Under the pieces are notes generated by a model that was not told the origin of the DNA, searched no databases, and worked only from the letters and a program-made list of their open reading frames with translations. This document shows, piece after piece, positions 51,129-62,272 of a DNA stretch of 64,000 nt. Within the stretch, counting starts at the first letter, position 1. Each line of letters starts with the position of its first letter. The DNA is from an uncultured bacterium (lineage in GTDB: Bacteria > Chloroflexota > UBA5177 > JANWHV01): the NCBI GenBank assembly GCA_963729625.1, contig CAVSOU010000010.1, positions 1,248,001 to 1,312,000 of the forward strand, written 5' to 3'. The translations under genes and the position numbers were made by a program.

Positions 51129-51792
51129 TCAGGAGCGTCTCGGCGCGCTGGCGGGCGTCGCCTTCAGTGTGCTCATCCTTCTGGGAGTGTTCGGTCTGGC
51201 GCCGAATCAGCCGAGCTCGACCGCTACCACCAAGGAAATCGTTACCTACATCCACGATCATCAGAATGCGCTGTCCGTGGGAAACTACCTGGAGGCGTTC
51301 GCGGTCTTCTGGTTCCTGTGGTTTGCCGCGAGCCTGAGCCGAGTGATCGCGACTGCCAAGGGTGGCATCCAGTTCGCAGCTTTGTCGCTTGGCGCAGCGG
51401 TGATCCTGGTAGCCCTGATTCTCGTCGTCGGCGCGGCTGAAGTGGCGATCACGCAGCGAGCGTTCGTCGATTCCGACGTTTCGGTACAAACCCTTTATCT
51501 GTTCTCCGAAGCGGGTGGCGCACTGTTGCCGTTCCCGATCGCCGCGTTCATCGGTGGTGCAACCGTGGTAGCGCTCGACGCCAGTGTCCTGCCGCGCTGG
51601 CTAGGGTATTTTGGGTGTCTGATTGCCGCACTTGAGTTGCTTTGTGGCTTCGACGCGGCGGTCTGGAGTGGCCCACTGGCGCTTGACGGCGCGATAAGTC
51701 AGCTCAGCTTCCCGGCATTCGTGGTGTGGGTGCTTGCCGCGTGCGTCGCTCTCCTGGCACGCATGCCGGCAGCTAGGGCCGAATCCCGATGA
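51129..51792 (+). CDS. Multi-pass membrane protein (DUF4386-like), fused in frame to the LuxR remnant
   Basis: About 6 hydrophobic segments and 'LPRWLGY.G'; no independent start codon is visible. Confidence 0.6.
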
Positions 51793-52420
51793 TCGTGCCG
51801 CCAGCCTGGTGTTTCGCTGCGCCCAGTCGGCTGTGGGGGGGGTCGCCCGCGAGATCGTCTTCCCCTTGCTCGACAGCACAATCACCACGAGCAGACCGTG
51901 CGAAGCATGAGACGGATGCGCTCACAGCCTCCCAGGCGATCTCAGAGTTGTCATCAACTCGCTATGCTGCGATCACGTCCTGGTCATAGAACGTACATAC
52001 TCTGTTCATAGGTCCCGTCATTGCGCCGGAATGCACGACTGTGAGAATCGCGAAAGGTGCCGCCGCTGCATATCAGCAACCCACTTGCCGCGCCGTCGAG
52101 CAGTCTGGAGAGAGGGGCGGCGCGGGGCCGGCTGAGTAATGAGCTTGTGACGCTGCTGCTGTGGTATGCGCCACTGGCCATCGGACCAATGTTCTTGAAA
52201 GGATGCCCTGAAACCGCACTTGAGCGATCGCGGCAGCATCTTCCTATGTCCCGATCTGGACAGGAATCGGGTGCGGTACAGCGGTCATGGCGGATGCGAG
52301 CGCACCTGGCGCCTGTGCACCCAGTGTCCGAGCAATTGACGGTGACGAGTTGAGCTGTGTGCGAGCGGCGCCGTGGTACTGAAGCGCAGCGGCATCCGCG
52401 CGCGTGATCGGGAACCGGCT

Positions 52421-54526
52421 ATGGAACGCCGGCCGATAATCGCACTGCGGCGGCCTGCCCCACCTGCCGGCAATGCCGAGGAAGAGCGAGCGACCCAGCG
52501 CCGTTCAGGCATTGACACGCTGACCAGTGCCTGCTTCTGGGCGCTCGTCACGCTCTACGCGGTGACCTTCACAGCTATCGCGTTGCGGCGCTACGACGCT
52601 TTCATGATGCATGCGCTGGACATGGGCAATATGGAGCAGGCAATCTGGAATACCTTCCACGGACATCCGTTTCGCTTCACCAACATGCGGTCGCATATCG
52701 CCGTAGAAGCGTTCGGTACTGATACGCGCCTCTCCTTTCATGTCGAGCCGATTCTGCTTCCGCTCTCATGTCTGCAGCTCATCTTCGCCGGCCCCCAGGC
52801 ACTGCTGATCCTGCAAACGCTGGTGCTCGCCTCGGGGGCAATACCGGCACGGCAGCTGGCACGTCGGTACCTGGCTCCCAGCCACCTGGCCGAAGTCGCG
52901 CTTCCCCTGGCCTACCTGCTTTTTCCGGCGATGCAGGCAGCCAATCTGTACGAGTTCCATCCCGTCACACTCACGGCAGCCATCCTGCTGTGGGCTTTCG
53001 ACTTTGCGGATCGTCGACTGCCCGCGCCGTTCATGGTGGCCGGGCTGGCCGCTGTGAGCTGCAAGGAGGAGATTGGGCTGGTCGTTGCCCTTATGGCCGT
53101 CTGGAGCATACGTCGCGGCATGCCCAGACGCACCGCCATCCTCTTCGCGCTGTTCTGCGCACTCTGGTCGCTGATCGCGGTGCTGGCGATAATCCCCGCT
53201 GCCGAGCACGCAGAGCATAGCGTCTCGGCGAGCAGCCCGTACTTGACGCGGTATGTGGATCCTGGCTCGCTCACGCCAGGCCAGTATGTGCAAGCGTCTC
53301 CCCTGGATGTAGTGCGCTACTGGCTCCAACACCCAGCCGACCTGGCCAATACCGTGTTTGGGGCGCAGAAGCGTGGCTTTCTGGAGCGACTGCTGGCGCC
53401 CGTGGGCTATCTCTCTCTCCTGAGCCCGCTCGTCATTCTGACGAGCGCGCCAAGCGTGTTACTGGTCCTGTTGTCGAATGACCCCCATATGTTCAGCGGC
53501 ATAGGGCACTATTCAGCCGAGCTGGTAAGCGCACAGATCGTCGCAGCCGTTCTGGGTCTGGCGTGTCTGGTTAGGGTCCTCACGCGCTGGCACATTTCGA
53601 GGCAGCGTGTTATCGCTTGCGGGTGTTTGCTGCTGTGCACGCTCGGCTTGGCAAACTCGCATGCCAACGGCTTCTCGCCGCTGAGCACCAACTTCGAATG
53701 GCCGGCCCTGACGCAACACGACCGGCTTGCCGAACGCATGCTGGAGATGATTCCACCTGCTGCCTCGGTATCGGCGCAGGATACGCTCGATCCGCACGTA
53801 AGTGATCGGGCCGCCATATATCTGTTCCCAGACTATGCGAATGCCGACTACGTGGCGCTGGATGTCTCCGCCAGTGCCATCCCCAGCAAGCCGAGTGCGT
53901 TGCACGACACGGTGGTCGCGATGCTGCAATCACGGCAGTGGGATATGCTGTTCGCCGACGACGGCCTGTTGCTCCTGCATCGACGGCCACAGCGCTCAGA
54001 AGCAGTCCCGGTCCTCCCGGCACAGTTCTACAGCTTCGCACTGCCCACGAACACCTCCTTCGCGCATCCGCTCCAGACCATGATTGCGCCTGGCCTGGAG
54101 TTACTCGGTTACACGCTCACACGCAAGGAGGTGGTCAACCTGCGTACGCCGGATGTCGTCATTACCACGTATTGGCGGGCCACCGCGCGACTCACGCACA
54201 CGTTAACTATTCTGACAGGCCTGACCGATGTCACCGGGCAGCTGTCAGGCCTGAATGGCGAAGAGACCGCTCTCCCCTGGCTGCCCACGACAAACTGGAA
54301 GGTCGGGCAGATCGTCGTGACGTCCAGTACCAGCATTGGGATCGACTCCTCGGATCCCGGAACTGTGTCTGCCTGCGTGAGCGTCTTTCCACGTCTATCG
54401 TTCGGGTTTTCGGGAAGACAGGGCCTGCCCATGTCCGTGACGGGACCCGCCGCAGCCAGTGGGCAGCACCACCTGACCTCGGGTGCGCGAGTCGTGTGCT
54501 TCGGCATCATCCCGGTGATCTTCTAG
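52421..54526 (+). CDS. DUF2079-type membrane protein (putative GT-C glycosyltransferase) with an extracellular C-terminal domain
   Basis: 'DMGNMEQAIWNT.HG', 'HVEPILL', 'YEFHPVTL', 'CKEEIG', 'IPPAASVSAQ..L.PHVS.R', 'LLGY...W..PT.NW.VG'. Confidence 0.85.
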   Translation: MERRPIIALRRPAPPAGNAEEERATQRRSGIDTLTSACFWALVTLYAVTFTAIALRRYDAFMMHALDMGNMEQAIWNTFHGHPFRFTNMRSHIAVEAFGTDTRLSFHVEPILLPLSCLQLIFAGPQALLILQTLVLASGAIPARQLARRYLAPSHLAEVALPLAYLLFPAMQAANLYEFHPVTLTAAILLWAFDFADRRLPAPFMVAGLAAVSCKEEIGLVVALMAVWSIRRGMPRRTAILFALFCALWSLIAVLAIIPAAEHAEHSVSASSPYLTRYVDPGSLTPGQYVQASPLDVVRYWLQHPADLANTVFGAQKRGFLERLLAPVGYLSLLSPLVILTSAPSVLLVLLSNDPHMFSGIGHYSAELVSAQIVAAVLGLACLVRVLTRWHISRQRVIACGCLLLCTLGLANSHANGFSPLSTNFEWPALTQHDRLAERMLEMIPPAASVSAQDTLDPHVSDRAAIYLFPDYANADYVALDVSASAIPSKPSALHDTVVAMLQSRQWDMLFADDGLLLLHRRPQRSEAVPVLPAQFYSFALPTNTSFAHPLQTMIAPGLELLGYTLTRKEVVNLRTPDVVITTYWRATARLTHTLTILTGLTDVTGQLSGLNGEETALPWLPTTNWKVGQIVVTSSTSIGIDSSDPGTVSACVSVFPRLSFGFSGRQGLPMSVTGPAAASGQHHLTSGARVVCFGIIPVIF

Positions 54527-54909
54527 CACGCCGGCCACCGTCCACCCCATGTAGGCTCGCAGCGCGGCGCGCAACGCGGTGTCGGCCGGCAGGCCAGCAT
54601 CGGTGGGACTGCAGAAGGCCTGGGGTATTCCGGCACGCGAGCGTCACGCAGCCACGCGAATGGCCCAGATCAGTGGCACAGCCGAGTACACTGAACCTTC
54701 GGGGGTCAGGGCGGCTGGGCCGCCGCACAGCGCGCGCTGAGCCGTACCGAAAGGAACGCGCGAACGCTTGCCCGCGTTCGCGGGATTTCGACGAAAGGAG
54801 CAGCGATGCACCACAGTGACCACTCTCCCGGTAGGCAGCCACCACCAGTAGGCAACGCGCAGCCACGCCCGATGGTTCGCGCCCCGCGGCCCGAGCCCAA
54901 GAGGTCGCC

Positions 54910-55152
54910 ATGATACGCGACCTCGCGTTGCTCGTCGTCGTTCTCTGTGTTGCATTCACCGTGACCGCGGTTCTGATGCTTCAAAACCAGCGGAAAGGCA
55001 GACAGCTGACCGCCCAGGCGAAAACGCTCCTGGGCATCAAAGGCGCCAGGGAGCAACTGGATGCGCAGCTCTACGCCAACGAGATCACGCCGGAAGAATA
55101 CGGCCGCCGCATCAAACTACTGATGCAGGCCCATCCCGAAGAAACCGCCTAA
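54910..55152 (+). CDS. Small membrane protein with a SHOCT-like C-terminus
   Basis: N-terminal TM and 'LYANEITPEEYGRRIKLL'; directly upstream of the SPFH gene. Confidence 0.7.
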   Translation: MIRDLALLVVVLCVAFTVTAVLMLQNQRKGRQLTAQAKTLLGIKGAREQLDAQLYANEITPEEYGRRIKLLMQAHPEETA

Positions 55153-55170
55153 CGCAAGGAGAAACACCCC

Positions 55171-56082
55171 ATGCTTTGGTTCATCCTGCTGGTCCTGGTG
55201 GTCGTGATCACCGGTGCCTGCACCCTCATCGCCATTAGCGCGACCCAGTACAAAAGCGCCTGGTTCGGCGGCGCGGCGGGCGCCGTCGTCGTGTTCATTT
55301 TCCTCACCCTGTTCATGTCAATCCACCAGATCGGCAGCGGCGAGCTCGGTATCGTCTACAGCATCTCCGGGGTGGTCGACGGCCAACTCGGTCCCGGCAT
55401 GCAGACCGTCGCCCCCTGGAACTCGGTCACCGTGGTCGATGTGAAGACGCAGAGCGTCATCTTCAACAACCTGACTGCGTTTTCCAAAGAGTCTCAGGAC
55501 ATCTCCGGGAACGTCCAGGTCAACTACCACCTGGACCCTGTCGCGGTGCAAAGACTCTACACCACGGTTGGGCCCGACTGGTATGACAAGTACATCCCCG
55601 GAGCTGTTACGCAGGACTTCAAGGAGATCATCACGCAGTACCAGACAACGGATATCGCGCCGAATCGAGCGGCTATCGCTCAGAAACTGCTGAGCAGACT
55701 TCAGGCCGATCTGATCTCGCACAGCATTTACATCGATAACGCGTATGTTCTCAACATCGGGTACTCAGACCAATTCACAGCCGCAATCGAGGCCAAACAG
55801 GTGGCCTCGCAGAAGGTGCAGCAGGCTCAGCTGGAGGCCCAGGCGGTCGTGGCGAAGGCCAAAGGGCAGGCCGATGCCAACGTCGAGCTGGCCCAGGGCA
55901 ACGCCGCCGCGACTGTCGCCGAGGCACAGGGCCAGGCTACGGCGAACCACGATTTGACGAGCAGCATCTCGGATCTCCTGATTCGGTACCAGGAAATCCA
56001 AAAACTCTCACCGAATATCAAGGTGGTGATCGCGCCCAGTACCGGCAACCTACTCAACCTGGGCACGCTGACGGCGCCATAA
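55171..56082 (+). CDS. SPFH/prohibitin (band 7) family protein
   Basis: Two TMs, 'GELGIV', 'LGPG...VAPW', 'FTAAIEAKQVASQ', Ala/Glu/Gln coiled coil 'AKAKGQADA'. Confidence 0.92.
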   Translation: MLWFILLVLVVVITGACTLIAISATQYKSAWFGGAAGAVVVFIFLTLFMSIHQIGSGELGIVYSISGVVDGQLGPGMQTVAPWNSVTVVDVKTQSVIFNNLTAFSKESQDISGNVQVNYHLDPVAVQRLYTTVGPDWYDKYIPGAVTQDFKEIITQYQTTDIAPNRAAIAQKLLSRLQADLISHSIYIDNAYVLNIGYSDQFTAAIEAKQVASQKVQQAQLEAQAVVAKAKGQADANVELAQGNAAATVAEAQGQATANHDLTSSISDLLIRYQEIQKLSPNIKVVIAPSTGNLLNLGTLTAP

Positions 56083-56096
56083 GAAAGGCCGGAGTC

Positions 56097-57035
56097 ATGA
56101 CCGTCGTCGACTGGCTGCTCGACGCGGACCCGTCGATCCGCTGGCAGGCGCTGCGCGACCTGACCGACGCGCCCGCAGAGGAGGTCGCGACCGAGCGGGC
56201 AAGAATCGCGACGGAGGGTGCGGGCGCGCAACTGCTCGCCCTCCAGGCGGCCGACGGCCTGTGGGGCGGCGCGGCGTGGAACCGCGGGTGGAACTCCACC
56301 ATGCACGCCCTGATGCTGCTGCGGGACCTGGGTCTCGACCCGGCGAGCGACCAGGCGCGTCGCGCGGTGAGTCTCGTCCGCGATCGTGTGCGGTGGCAGG
56401 GTGGGGAGTGGGACGGCAACCCCTTCTTTGCCGGCGAAGTCGAGCCCTGCATCAACGGGCAGGTGGCGACGGCCGGCGCCTACTTCGGCCAGGACGTCCA
56501 GGGGATCATCGACCGATTGCTCGGCGAGCAGCTGTCCGACGGCGGCTGGAACTGCGAGGCGCCGAACGGCTCGGCGCGGTCGTCGTTCAACACCACGATC
56601 TGCGTGCTCGAGGCCCTGCTCGAGCACGAACGGTCGGTCGGAGGGATACCGGAGGTGACCGAGACCCGCCTCCGCGGCCAGGAGTACCTCCTCGAGCGCC
56701 GCCTCTTCCGCCGGCGGTCGACCGGTGAGGTGATCGAGCGAGATCGCAAGGGCGGCGGCGCGTGGACGCGGTTCGCCTTCCCGACGTGGTGGCACTACGA
56801 CGTGCTGCGGGGGCTCGAGTACCTGCGCAGCGCCGGCGTCGGACCCGACGAGCGGGTCGCCGAGGCGATCGAGCTGGTCGCGTCGAAGCGCGACGGCGAC
56901 GGGCGATGGCCGCTCGAGACCCGGTACCCCGGCGTAATGCCGCTCGAGATAGACGATGGCGAGGGCCGACCGAGCCGGTGGAACACCTTGCGCGCCCTGC
57001 GCGTGATCCGCTGGTACGAGCGGGCTGGAGCGTAA
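56097..57035 (+). CDS. Conserved protein with a prenyltransferase/squalene-cyclase-like alpha-alpha barrel
   Basis: QW-like repeats 'QAADGLWG', 'QLSDGGWNC', 'RDGDGRW'; 'WHYDVLRGL', 'SRWNTLRAL'. Confidence 0.75.
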   Translation: MTVVDWLLDADPSIRWQALRDLTDAPAEEVATERARIATEGAGAQLLALQAADGLWGGAAWNRGWNSTMHALMLLRDLGLDPASDQARRAVSLVRDRVRWQGGEWDGNPFFAGEVEPCINGQVATAGAYFGQDVQGIIDRLLGEQLSDGGWNCEAPNGSARSSFNTTICVLEALLEHERSVGGIPEVTETRLRGQEYLLERRLFRRRSTGEVIERDRKGGGAWTRFAFPTWWHYDVLRGLEYLRSAGVGPDERVAEAIELVASKRDGDGRWPLETRYPGVMPLEIDDGEGRPSRWNTLRALRVIRWYERAGA

Positions 57036-57228
57036 AGTCCGTGGTGCTCAGCGGCATCGGGGTGGCTAATTTGGCCATCGATAGGGCCAGCGCAAGGGCT
57101 AAGCCAGTAGCCGCAGCTGATAGGGCCGTCCGCTGCCCAGCCACGCCAGCACCAACCGGAGCAAGCTCAACTGCCCGATCTACGCTCGTTGGCCCTTGGA
57201 ACGTCCATTTGAAGAAAGCGCGTGGTCC

Positions 57229-58305
57229 TTAGCCCGGATGCCTCGCCGGCAGCAGCGGCAGTGTGATGTCCTGCCCGCTCGCCAGCGACAGGTAGCCTGC
57301 CTCCAGGATCTCCTGTGTGTCCCGCCCGGTGGCGGGGCTGACGATCTCGTCGAAGGGCGTGCCTCCCCGCAGACAGGTCGTGAAGTGCTCTACCGCATTG
57401 CGCTGGCCGACAGGAAGGTCCGGCGGCTCGACGAGATAGCCGTCCGGCCGCTCCCTGGTCATCACTTCAATGCTGCCTTCCTCGATCTCCTGCCCTTCGC
57501 GCGACTCGTGTCGCTGGTGGACCACGATCGTGCCGTCCGTGCCGTAGAAGATGGGGCCTGCACCGGCGCCGGGGCCGATCTGGCTCCACGAGGCCTGGGC
57601 CGTGGCCATGGCGCGAGGGTAGGCCATGGTCAAGAGCGCGTTGTCCTCCACCAGGATGTAGTCCTTCTGATAGCGGCCGCCGACGGCGTGTACCCGGTGC
57701 GGCACACCCAGGAGCACGCGCGCCAGCAAGGCCCCATAGCAGCAGTAGTCGATCAGGGCCCCGCCGCCATTCCGCGCTGGGTCGTAGAGCCACTCGTAGA
57801 ACTGCGGTGAGCAACCGAATTCCTTCGGCCCGCAGTGCGCTGCGCGGTAACCTACCTCTGTAATGCGGCCTATCTGCCCCGCTCTCGCCAGGGTGAGCGC
57901 GTGGCGGAAAGCTGGATACCAGGCCACCGGCCAATTCACCATCAGACGGACCCCCGCCTCGCCCGCGGCCGCAAGCATGACGTCCGCCTCACTCAGGCGC
58001 GACGCCATCGGCTTCTCGACGATCACATGCACTCCACGGTGCATTGCTTGCACCGCCAGTGCCGCCGACCGGCTGTTGTCGGCATAGATCATCGCTATGT
58101 CCAGCTGCCCGTGCTCGAGCGCGTCCTCCGGCCGGTCGTAGCGCTGCTCGACCGGGATTGTTTGGGCAAAGCGCCGCACCAACTCCTCGTGTTCATCCGC
58201 CACGGCCACTACCGCGACGGCTCCGGCACCGGCGAGATCCGCCACGTGCTGCCAAATATGATCGTGGGTCAGTCCCAGCACACCTACACGGAGTTGCTCA
58301 ACCAC
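57229..58305 (-). CDS. Gfo/Idh/MocA family oxidoreductase
   Basis: 'VGVLGL', 'HVIVEKPMA', 'GGGALIDYCCYG', 'VEDNA'. Confidence 0.92.
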   Translation of the reverse strand: MVEQLRVGVLGLTHDHIWQHVADLAGAGAVAVVAVADEHEELVRRFAQTIPVEQRYDRPEDALEHGQLDIAMIYADNSRSAALAVQAMHRGVHVIVEKPMASRLSEADVMLAAAGEAGVRLMVNWPVAWYPAFRHALTLARAGQIGRITEVGYRAAHCGPKEFGCSPQFYEWLYDPARNGGGALIDYCCYGALLARVLLGVPHRVHAVGGRYQKDYILVEDNALLTMAYPRAMATAQASWSQIGPGAGAGPIFYGTDGTIVVHQRHESREGQEIEEGSIEVMTRERPDGYLVEPPDLPVGQRNAVEHFTTCLRGGTPFDEIVSPATGRDTQEILEAGYLSLASGQDITLPLLPARHPG

Positions 58306-58625
58306 TTTGCTCCTCCTTCAGCGCGAGCACACTACGGGTGCTTCACGCGACCAACTGGCCGCAGCATGGCGTGATGCATGCTACACGCGGATCGAGCTCA
58401 TGATGACACCTTCGTGAGTCGCCGCGCAATACCTGCGGCCCCGGCACTTGCCCTTGTCCTCGTGGCGGCGGATTGCCGAACCATAACCGGTGGATTACGA
58501 AGGCCTAATGCCAGGACCTTGTGGCATGGCAGCAGCAAGCGTGTACTGGATGTAGGCAGGGTCGGCAAACAAGCATCGGGTGCTTGACGGCCTGCCGGAG
58601 AAGCACAGTAGTAAGGATCACGAGC

Positions 58626-58832
58626 ATGGGCATGTTTGTAGCAGCGCCGGTTCTGGCCCTCGTCCTGGGACTGGTGTTCATCGTGGCGCTCTTTCACTTG
58701 GTGTTCAGCTTGCCGCTTTGGCTCATCGTCGGCGGTATCGCCGTCTACCTCTGGTATCGCGGAGGACCACGCCGCCGGTGGCTGGGACGGGGCAGGCGCC
58801 ACGCATACCTGGAGCGGCGAGCGCGCTGGTAG
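58626..58832 (+). CDS. Small two-TM membrane protein with an Arg-rich tail
   Basis: AAGGA RBS; long hydrophobic hairpin followed by an Arg-rich C-terminus. Confidence 0.6.
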   Translation: MGMFVAAPVLALVLGLVFIVALFHLVFSLPLWLIVGGIAVYLWYRGGPRRRWLGRGRRHAYLERRARW

Positions 58833-58948
58833 ACGAAAAGCTGTAGCCGCTGCAGGCAGCCTCGCTAAGCAGGTAGTCATTTGTCTCCGTGGCTTTGCCA
58901 CCACAGGCCAGCGCATAGGAAAAGCATGCCAAAGTTATGACTACCTGC

Positions 58949-61900
58949 TTAGAATGCGCAGATTGAGGCGACGAAGTCGCTGGAGCCATCGCGGAGCCAG
59001 CCATCGAGCTGAGCGACGTCCTTGAGTTGCTGGCCGCGTGCCCGCGGCACCTCAACATAGCGACACTCCAGCTCGGGCAGAGCAGTCATGTCGCCCCATA
59101 GCTTCTCGAACTGTGCCACCGGCAGGATATCCTCCTGCCCTTGTCCCCAACGTTTCTTGACGTCCTTCAGCGTGACGTACGTCGGCATGCGCGCCGCGAC
59201 TGCCCGTACCGCTGCCGCGATACGCTCCTCGTCGTGCAGGTCGGCCCTCGTTAGCCCAAAGACCGCCAGCACGCGGTCGATATGTAGCCACATCGTCCCC
59301 GTGTTATAGAACGTGAGAGTGAACTCGTCCTGCTCGCGCGGCATAGCCAGGCCCTCAACCAGCCGCAAGCTCCCGTCGGCGCGGGCCAGGCCGCCGCCCC
59401 GGTCCTCGACGTGTCGCCGGATCACTTCCACGATCATGGCCGCCTGCGTCTCGAGATGCCACGCCAGGAGCGCCGGATCGACGTCCGTACCCGCCGTGTC
59501 GATGTTATGCACCATCAGCACCTGCAGTGCAGGGCGCTCCGCGATGAGCTGCGCCAAAACACCGTTCCTGAGCATGTTGGTGAACTCGAACCAATGGCCA
59601 ACCGGGTGGAGACATTGGAGTGGCAGGTTGTCAGTGTAGTCGCTACCCTCACCCGCTTGTTGGGCCCAGCCGATGAGCGCCGCACGCTGACTGTCCCGCA
59701 CCTTCTGCGCCTGCTCATCAAGCATCTGCTGGGGCATCTCCTCCCAGGCGAAGCGCAGGTCGCGTGTCATCGGCACCAGACGCAAACCGACATTCCGGCC
59801 GGGCGAGAGTACCAGTGGTCCGCCATAGCCGTATCTGTCGTGGGCTTCGAGGAAATCCCGGATCGGCTGGTCGGTCAGAAAGCTGGTCGTGACGACGTGC
59901 GGCAAGTCCACCCCGCACTCCCGGCCGACTCGCCGGCTCTTTGCGAGATGGATCTCGAGAAACGTACGGTGCTTGCCGGCGAGCCTGCAGAACGGGTTGA
60001 GCGCCTTGACCACACCCGCCCCCTCGGTCCAGCGGCTGCCTACGCCGGCCGCGAACGTGACCACCGCGGCAGCGCCCTCGTTGACCAGCCCCCGACCGCG
60101 CTCCTGCAATGCCCGGAGGTCTGGCAGGTCCGCGATGCAGGGCACGTCGCCCGGTTCGGCGTCGCGGATGACGGTCCGCGCCGGCAGCCGGTTCTGGGCC
60201 AGGCCAATGCGGCCACTCCGCAGGTCCGCTCGGATTTGTTCGTGTTGGACGCGGTCGAAGCCGAGTGCGGCGAGCATTTCGTTCAGGCTCTGGCCTTCGC
60301 CATCCACATGCCCTGGCCCGGGCATGACCCGGTCGAAGATCCGCTGCACCGTGCCGGAGAACTCAGGCTGGGTCCGGCAGGCCATGCCGAAGCGGCTTAA
60401 CTCGAAGCGGCGTCCCTGCGAAAGACTGAGCGGGTCCTGCCGTAGGAGCGCGGGAATCGTGAGCGGGTAGTAGCCGGACGGCATCAGTGCCGAACCACCC
60501 GAGAGCAGCTCGGCAAACGTCCCCCGCGTGTTGATGGCGAAGTCGTAGACCACCGGCTCGATTGCAAATGGCAGAGCATGCTCGAGGCGCCGCTTCGTCC
60601 GCACCATGATCTCATGAAGGCGGTCCTTCGCGGCATCTCGCCGCTCCGGCGCGAAGATGAAACCCATACCACCTCCGGAGGCTCCTCCGAGCATCCAGAA
60701 GCCCCAGGACGCCTCGCCGAACTCTGCCCGCACCTCCTCGATCAGCGACTCAGTGAAGAGGTTTGTGGCGCGCGGGACGATCGTTCGAATGGGCCCGAGG
60801 AAGTAGCGCGTGTTCGCGGCGCCGATAGCCCGGATGTCGCCCGTACGCAGAAGGCCCATGACCTCCTCGAGGTGAGCGCACGCCTCTTGCCGCGCGGCCC
60901 ATTCGGCCTCCGAGCGCAGCAAGTACTTCTCGGTCACCATCTCAAGCAGCGGCCCGACGTTCTGCGCCATGCCACCGTGGACAAGCACCAGGCTGTCCTG
61001 GAGACGGCGGCGGGTGTCGGCCGACGCCTCGTCCTCGGTCAGGATGTGGTGGACCGGCAACAGACAGCCGCGGCTGATGCCGTACTCCGGGTCGTCCGGC
61101 GAGGCCAGAACGCCGGTGATCAGCTTCGTGTCGGGCCAGACCCCGCCCGAGTCCTGCCATCCCCCGCCCGAGCCCGCCAACCACTCGCCCAGGATGGCGC
61201 GTGCCGCCACGATGCGCCGCTCGCTTTCGGCGAGTTCGCCAACAAGCGAGGCCGTCTGGCCGGTTGCGCGCATGCACGCCGCGATCAGGCAGGCGAGCAG
61301 GTTGGTGGAAACTGCGAGGCGCGAGCCCTTTGGGATGCCGTTGACGCGGCTGACGAGCTCGATACCCTTGCCTTTGCCAACTACGCGGGCCAGCAGGTCC
61401 TCAAGGCGCTCGCCGGAGCCTTCGATCCCAGGAGGAACGAGGCCGGAAGCGATGACCGCGGCCTTGAGGAGGCCGAGGTAGTCGGCGGCGTAGTCGAACA
61501 CCCCGCCGAGGCTCTTGATCTCTGTCGTGGCGCCGAGGTCCACGCTCGCCAGACGGAGGACAGGCTCGTCGACGACGCGGAAATATGCCTCCACGGGCGG
61601 GCGCGGAGAACGTTCACCGCCCCGGATCGCGAGGTCGATTGAAACGTTCAGCACGCGGGCGCCCTCGGGGTAATCCATCCCGAGAAAGAAGATGTCGCTC
61701 CAGGCACTATGGCTCAGTTCCATGCGGACCGGCGTCGCCTCGTGGAGGATCGGGAACAGGCCGTCTGGCGACCGCTCCAACAGCTCGCGGCGCACTCGAA
61801 GCGGCTGGTCCATGGGATGGCCGACGCGGAACATCCACTGATTGCCGCGCACCGAGCGGACGCTGCGGCGCACCTGATCGGCCAGAGTCTGCAAACCGAG

Positions 61901-62272
61901 ATGACGATATGCTTCGGCCAGGGCGCTGGAGATCGCTGCGCTGTTGCTCGAGTTGCGCTCGGCCGCGAGAAATTCCGCGATCGCTTCTTCGAAGCGCCGT
62001 TGCAGCAGGCGAGCATAGCCCTCATAAGGGATCAGCCCAGAAGATGGTCCGTTGAGCTTCGCCGGCACGTGGAATCGGTGGATCGCGTACAGGAAGAAGA
62101 GTGCGCGCACGCGCTCATAAAGGTTTGCACTGGTGTGTCGCAGGGCCTCCAGGTCCGCACATTCGCGCTGGAGGTCGGCCAGCGACGCCGTTCTGCAGTA
62201 CGCGTCGAGTGATCGGTTGCGCACTGCCGGGTCGGTCGACGTGAGGATCTCGACGAGTTGCCCGCTCATCAT
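58949..62272 (-). CDS. Fusion of a GHMP-family sugar kinase and a UDP-sugar pyrophosphorylase (UGP/UAP/USP-like) domain
   Basis: Kinase motifs: '[14 protein letters not shown]', '[11 protein letters not shown]', 'GGGWQDSGG', 'LGGASGGGM'. Pyrophosphorylase motifs: '[11 protein letters not shown]', 'PVGH', 'HNIDT', 'YNTG', 'QFEKLWGD', 'QLKD'. Confidence 0.85.
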   Translation of the reverse strand: MMSGQLVEILTSTDPAVRNRSLDAYCRTASLADLQRECADLEALRHTSANLYERVRALFFLYAIHRFHVPAKLNGPSSGLIPYEGYARLLQRRFEEAIAEFLAAERNSSNSAAISSALAEAYRHLGLQTLADQVRRSVRSVRGNQWMFRVGHPMDQPLRVRRELLERSPDGLFPILHEATPVRMELSHSAWSDIFFLGMDYPEGARVLNVSIDLAIRGGERSPRPPVEAYFRVVDEPVLRLASVDLGATTEIKSLGGVFDYAADYLGLLKAAVIASGLVPPGIEGSGERLEDLLARVVGKGKGIELVSRVNGIPKGSRLAVSTNLLACLIAACMRATGQTASLVGELAESERRIVAARAILGEWLAGSGGGWQDSGGVWPDTKLITGVLASPDDPEYGISRGCLLPVHHILTEDEASADTRRRLQDSLVLVHGGMAQNVGPLLEMVTEKYLLRSEAEWAARQEACAHLEEVMGLLRTGDIRAIGAANTRYFLGPIRTIVPRATNLFTESLIEEVRAEFGEASWGFWMLGGASGGGMGFIFAPERRDAAKDRLHEIMVRTKRRLEHALPFAIEPVVYDFAINTRGTFAELLSGGSALMPSGYYPLTIPALLRQDPLSLSQGRRFELSRFGMACRTQPEFSGTVQRIFDRVMPGPGHVDGEGQSLNEMLAALGFDRVQHEQIRADLRSGRIGLAQNRLPARTVIRDAEPGDVPCIADLPDLRALQERGRGLVNEGAAAVVTFAAGVGSRWTEGAGVVKALNPFCRLAGKHRTFLEIHLAKSRRVGRECGVDLPHVVTTSFLTDQPIRDFLEAHDRYGYGGPLVLSPGRNVGLRLVPMTRDLRFAWEEMPQQMLDEQAQKVRDSQRAALIGWAQQAGEGSDYTDNLPLQCLHPVGHWFEFTNMLRNGVLAQLIAERPALQVLMVHNIDTAGTDVDPALLAWHLETQAAMIVEVIRRHVEDRGGGLARADGSLRLVEGLAMPREQDEFTLTFYNTGTMWLHIDRVLAVFGLTRADLHDEERIAAAVRAVAARMPTYVTLKDVKKRWGQGQEDILPVAQFEKLWGDMTALPELECRYVEVPRARGQQLKDVAQLDGWLRDGSSDFVASICAF

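Noticed and set aside
54735-54775. GAGCCGTA...GAAA as group II intron domain V
   Set aside because: The downstream pairing arm of domain V is absent and there is no reverse transcriptase nearby.
56097-57035. Squalene-hopene cyclase
   Set aside because: The protein is about half the expected length and lacks the DxDD motif. Only fold-level QW-like repeats are present.
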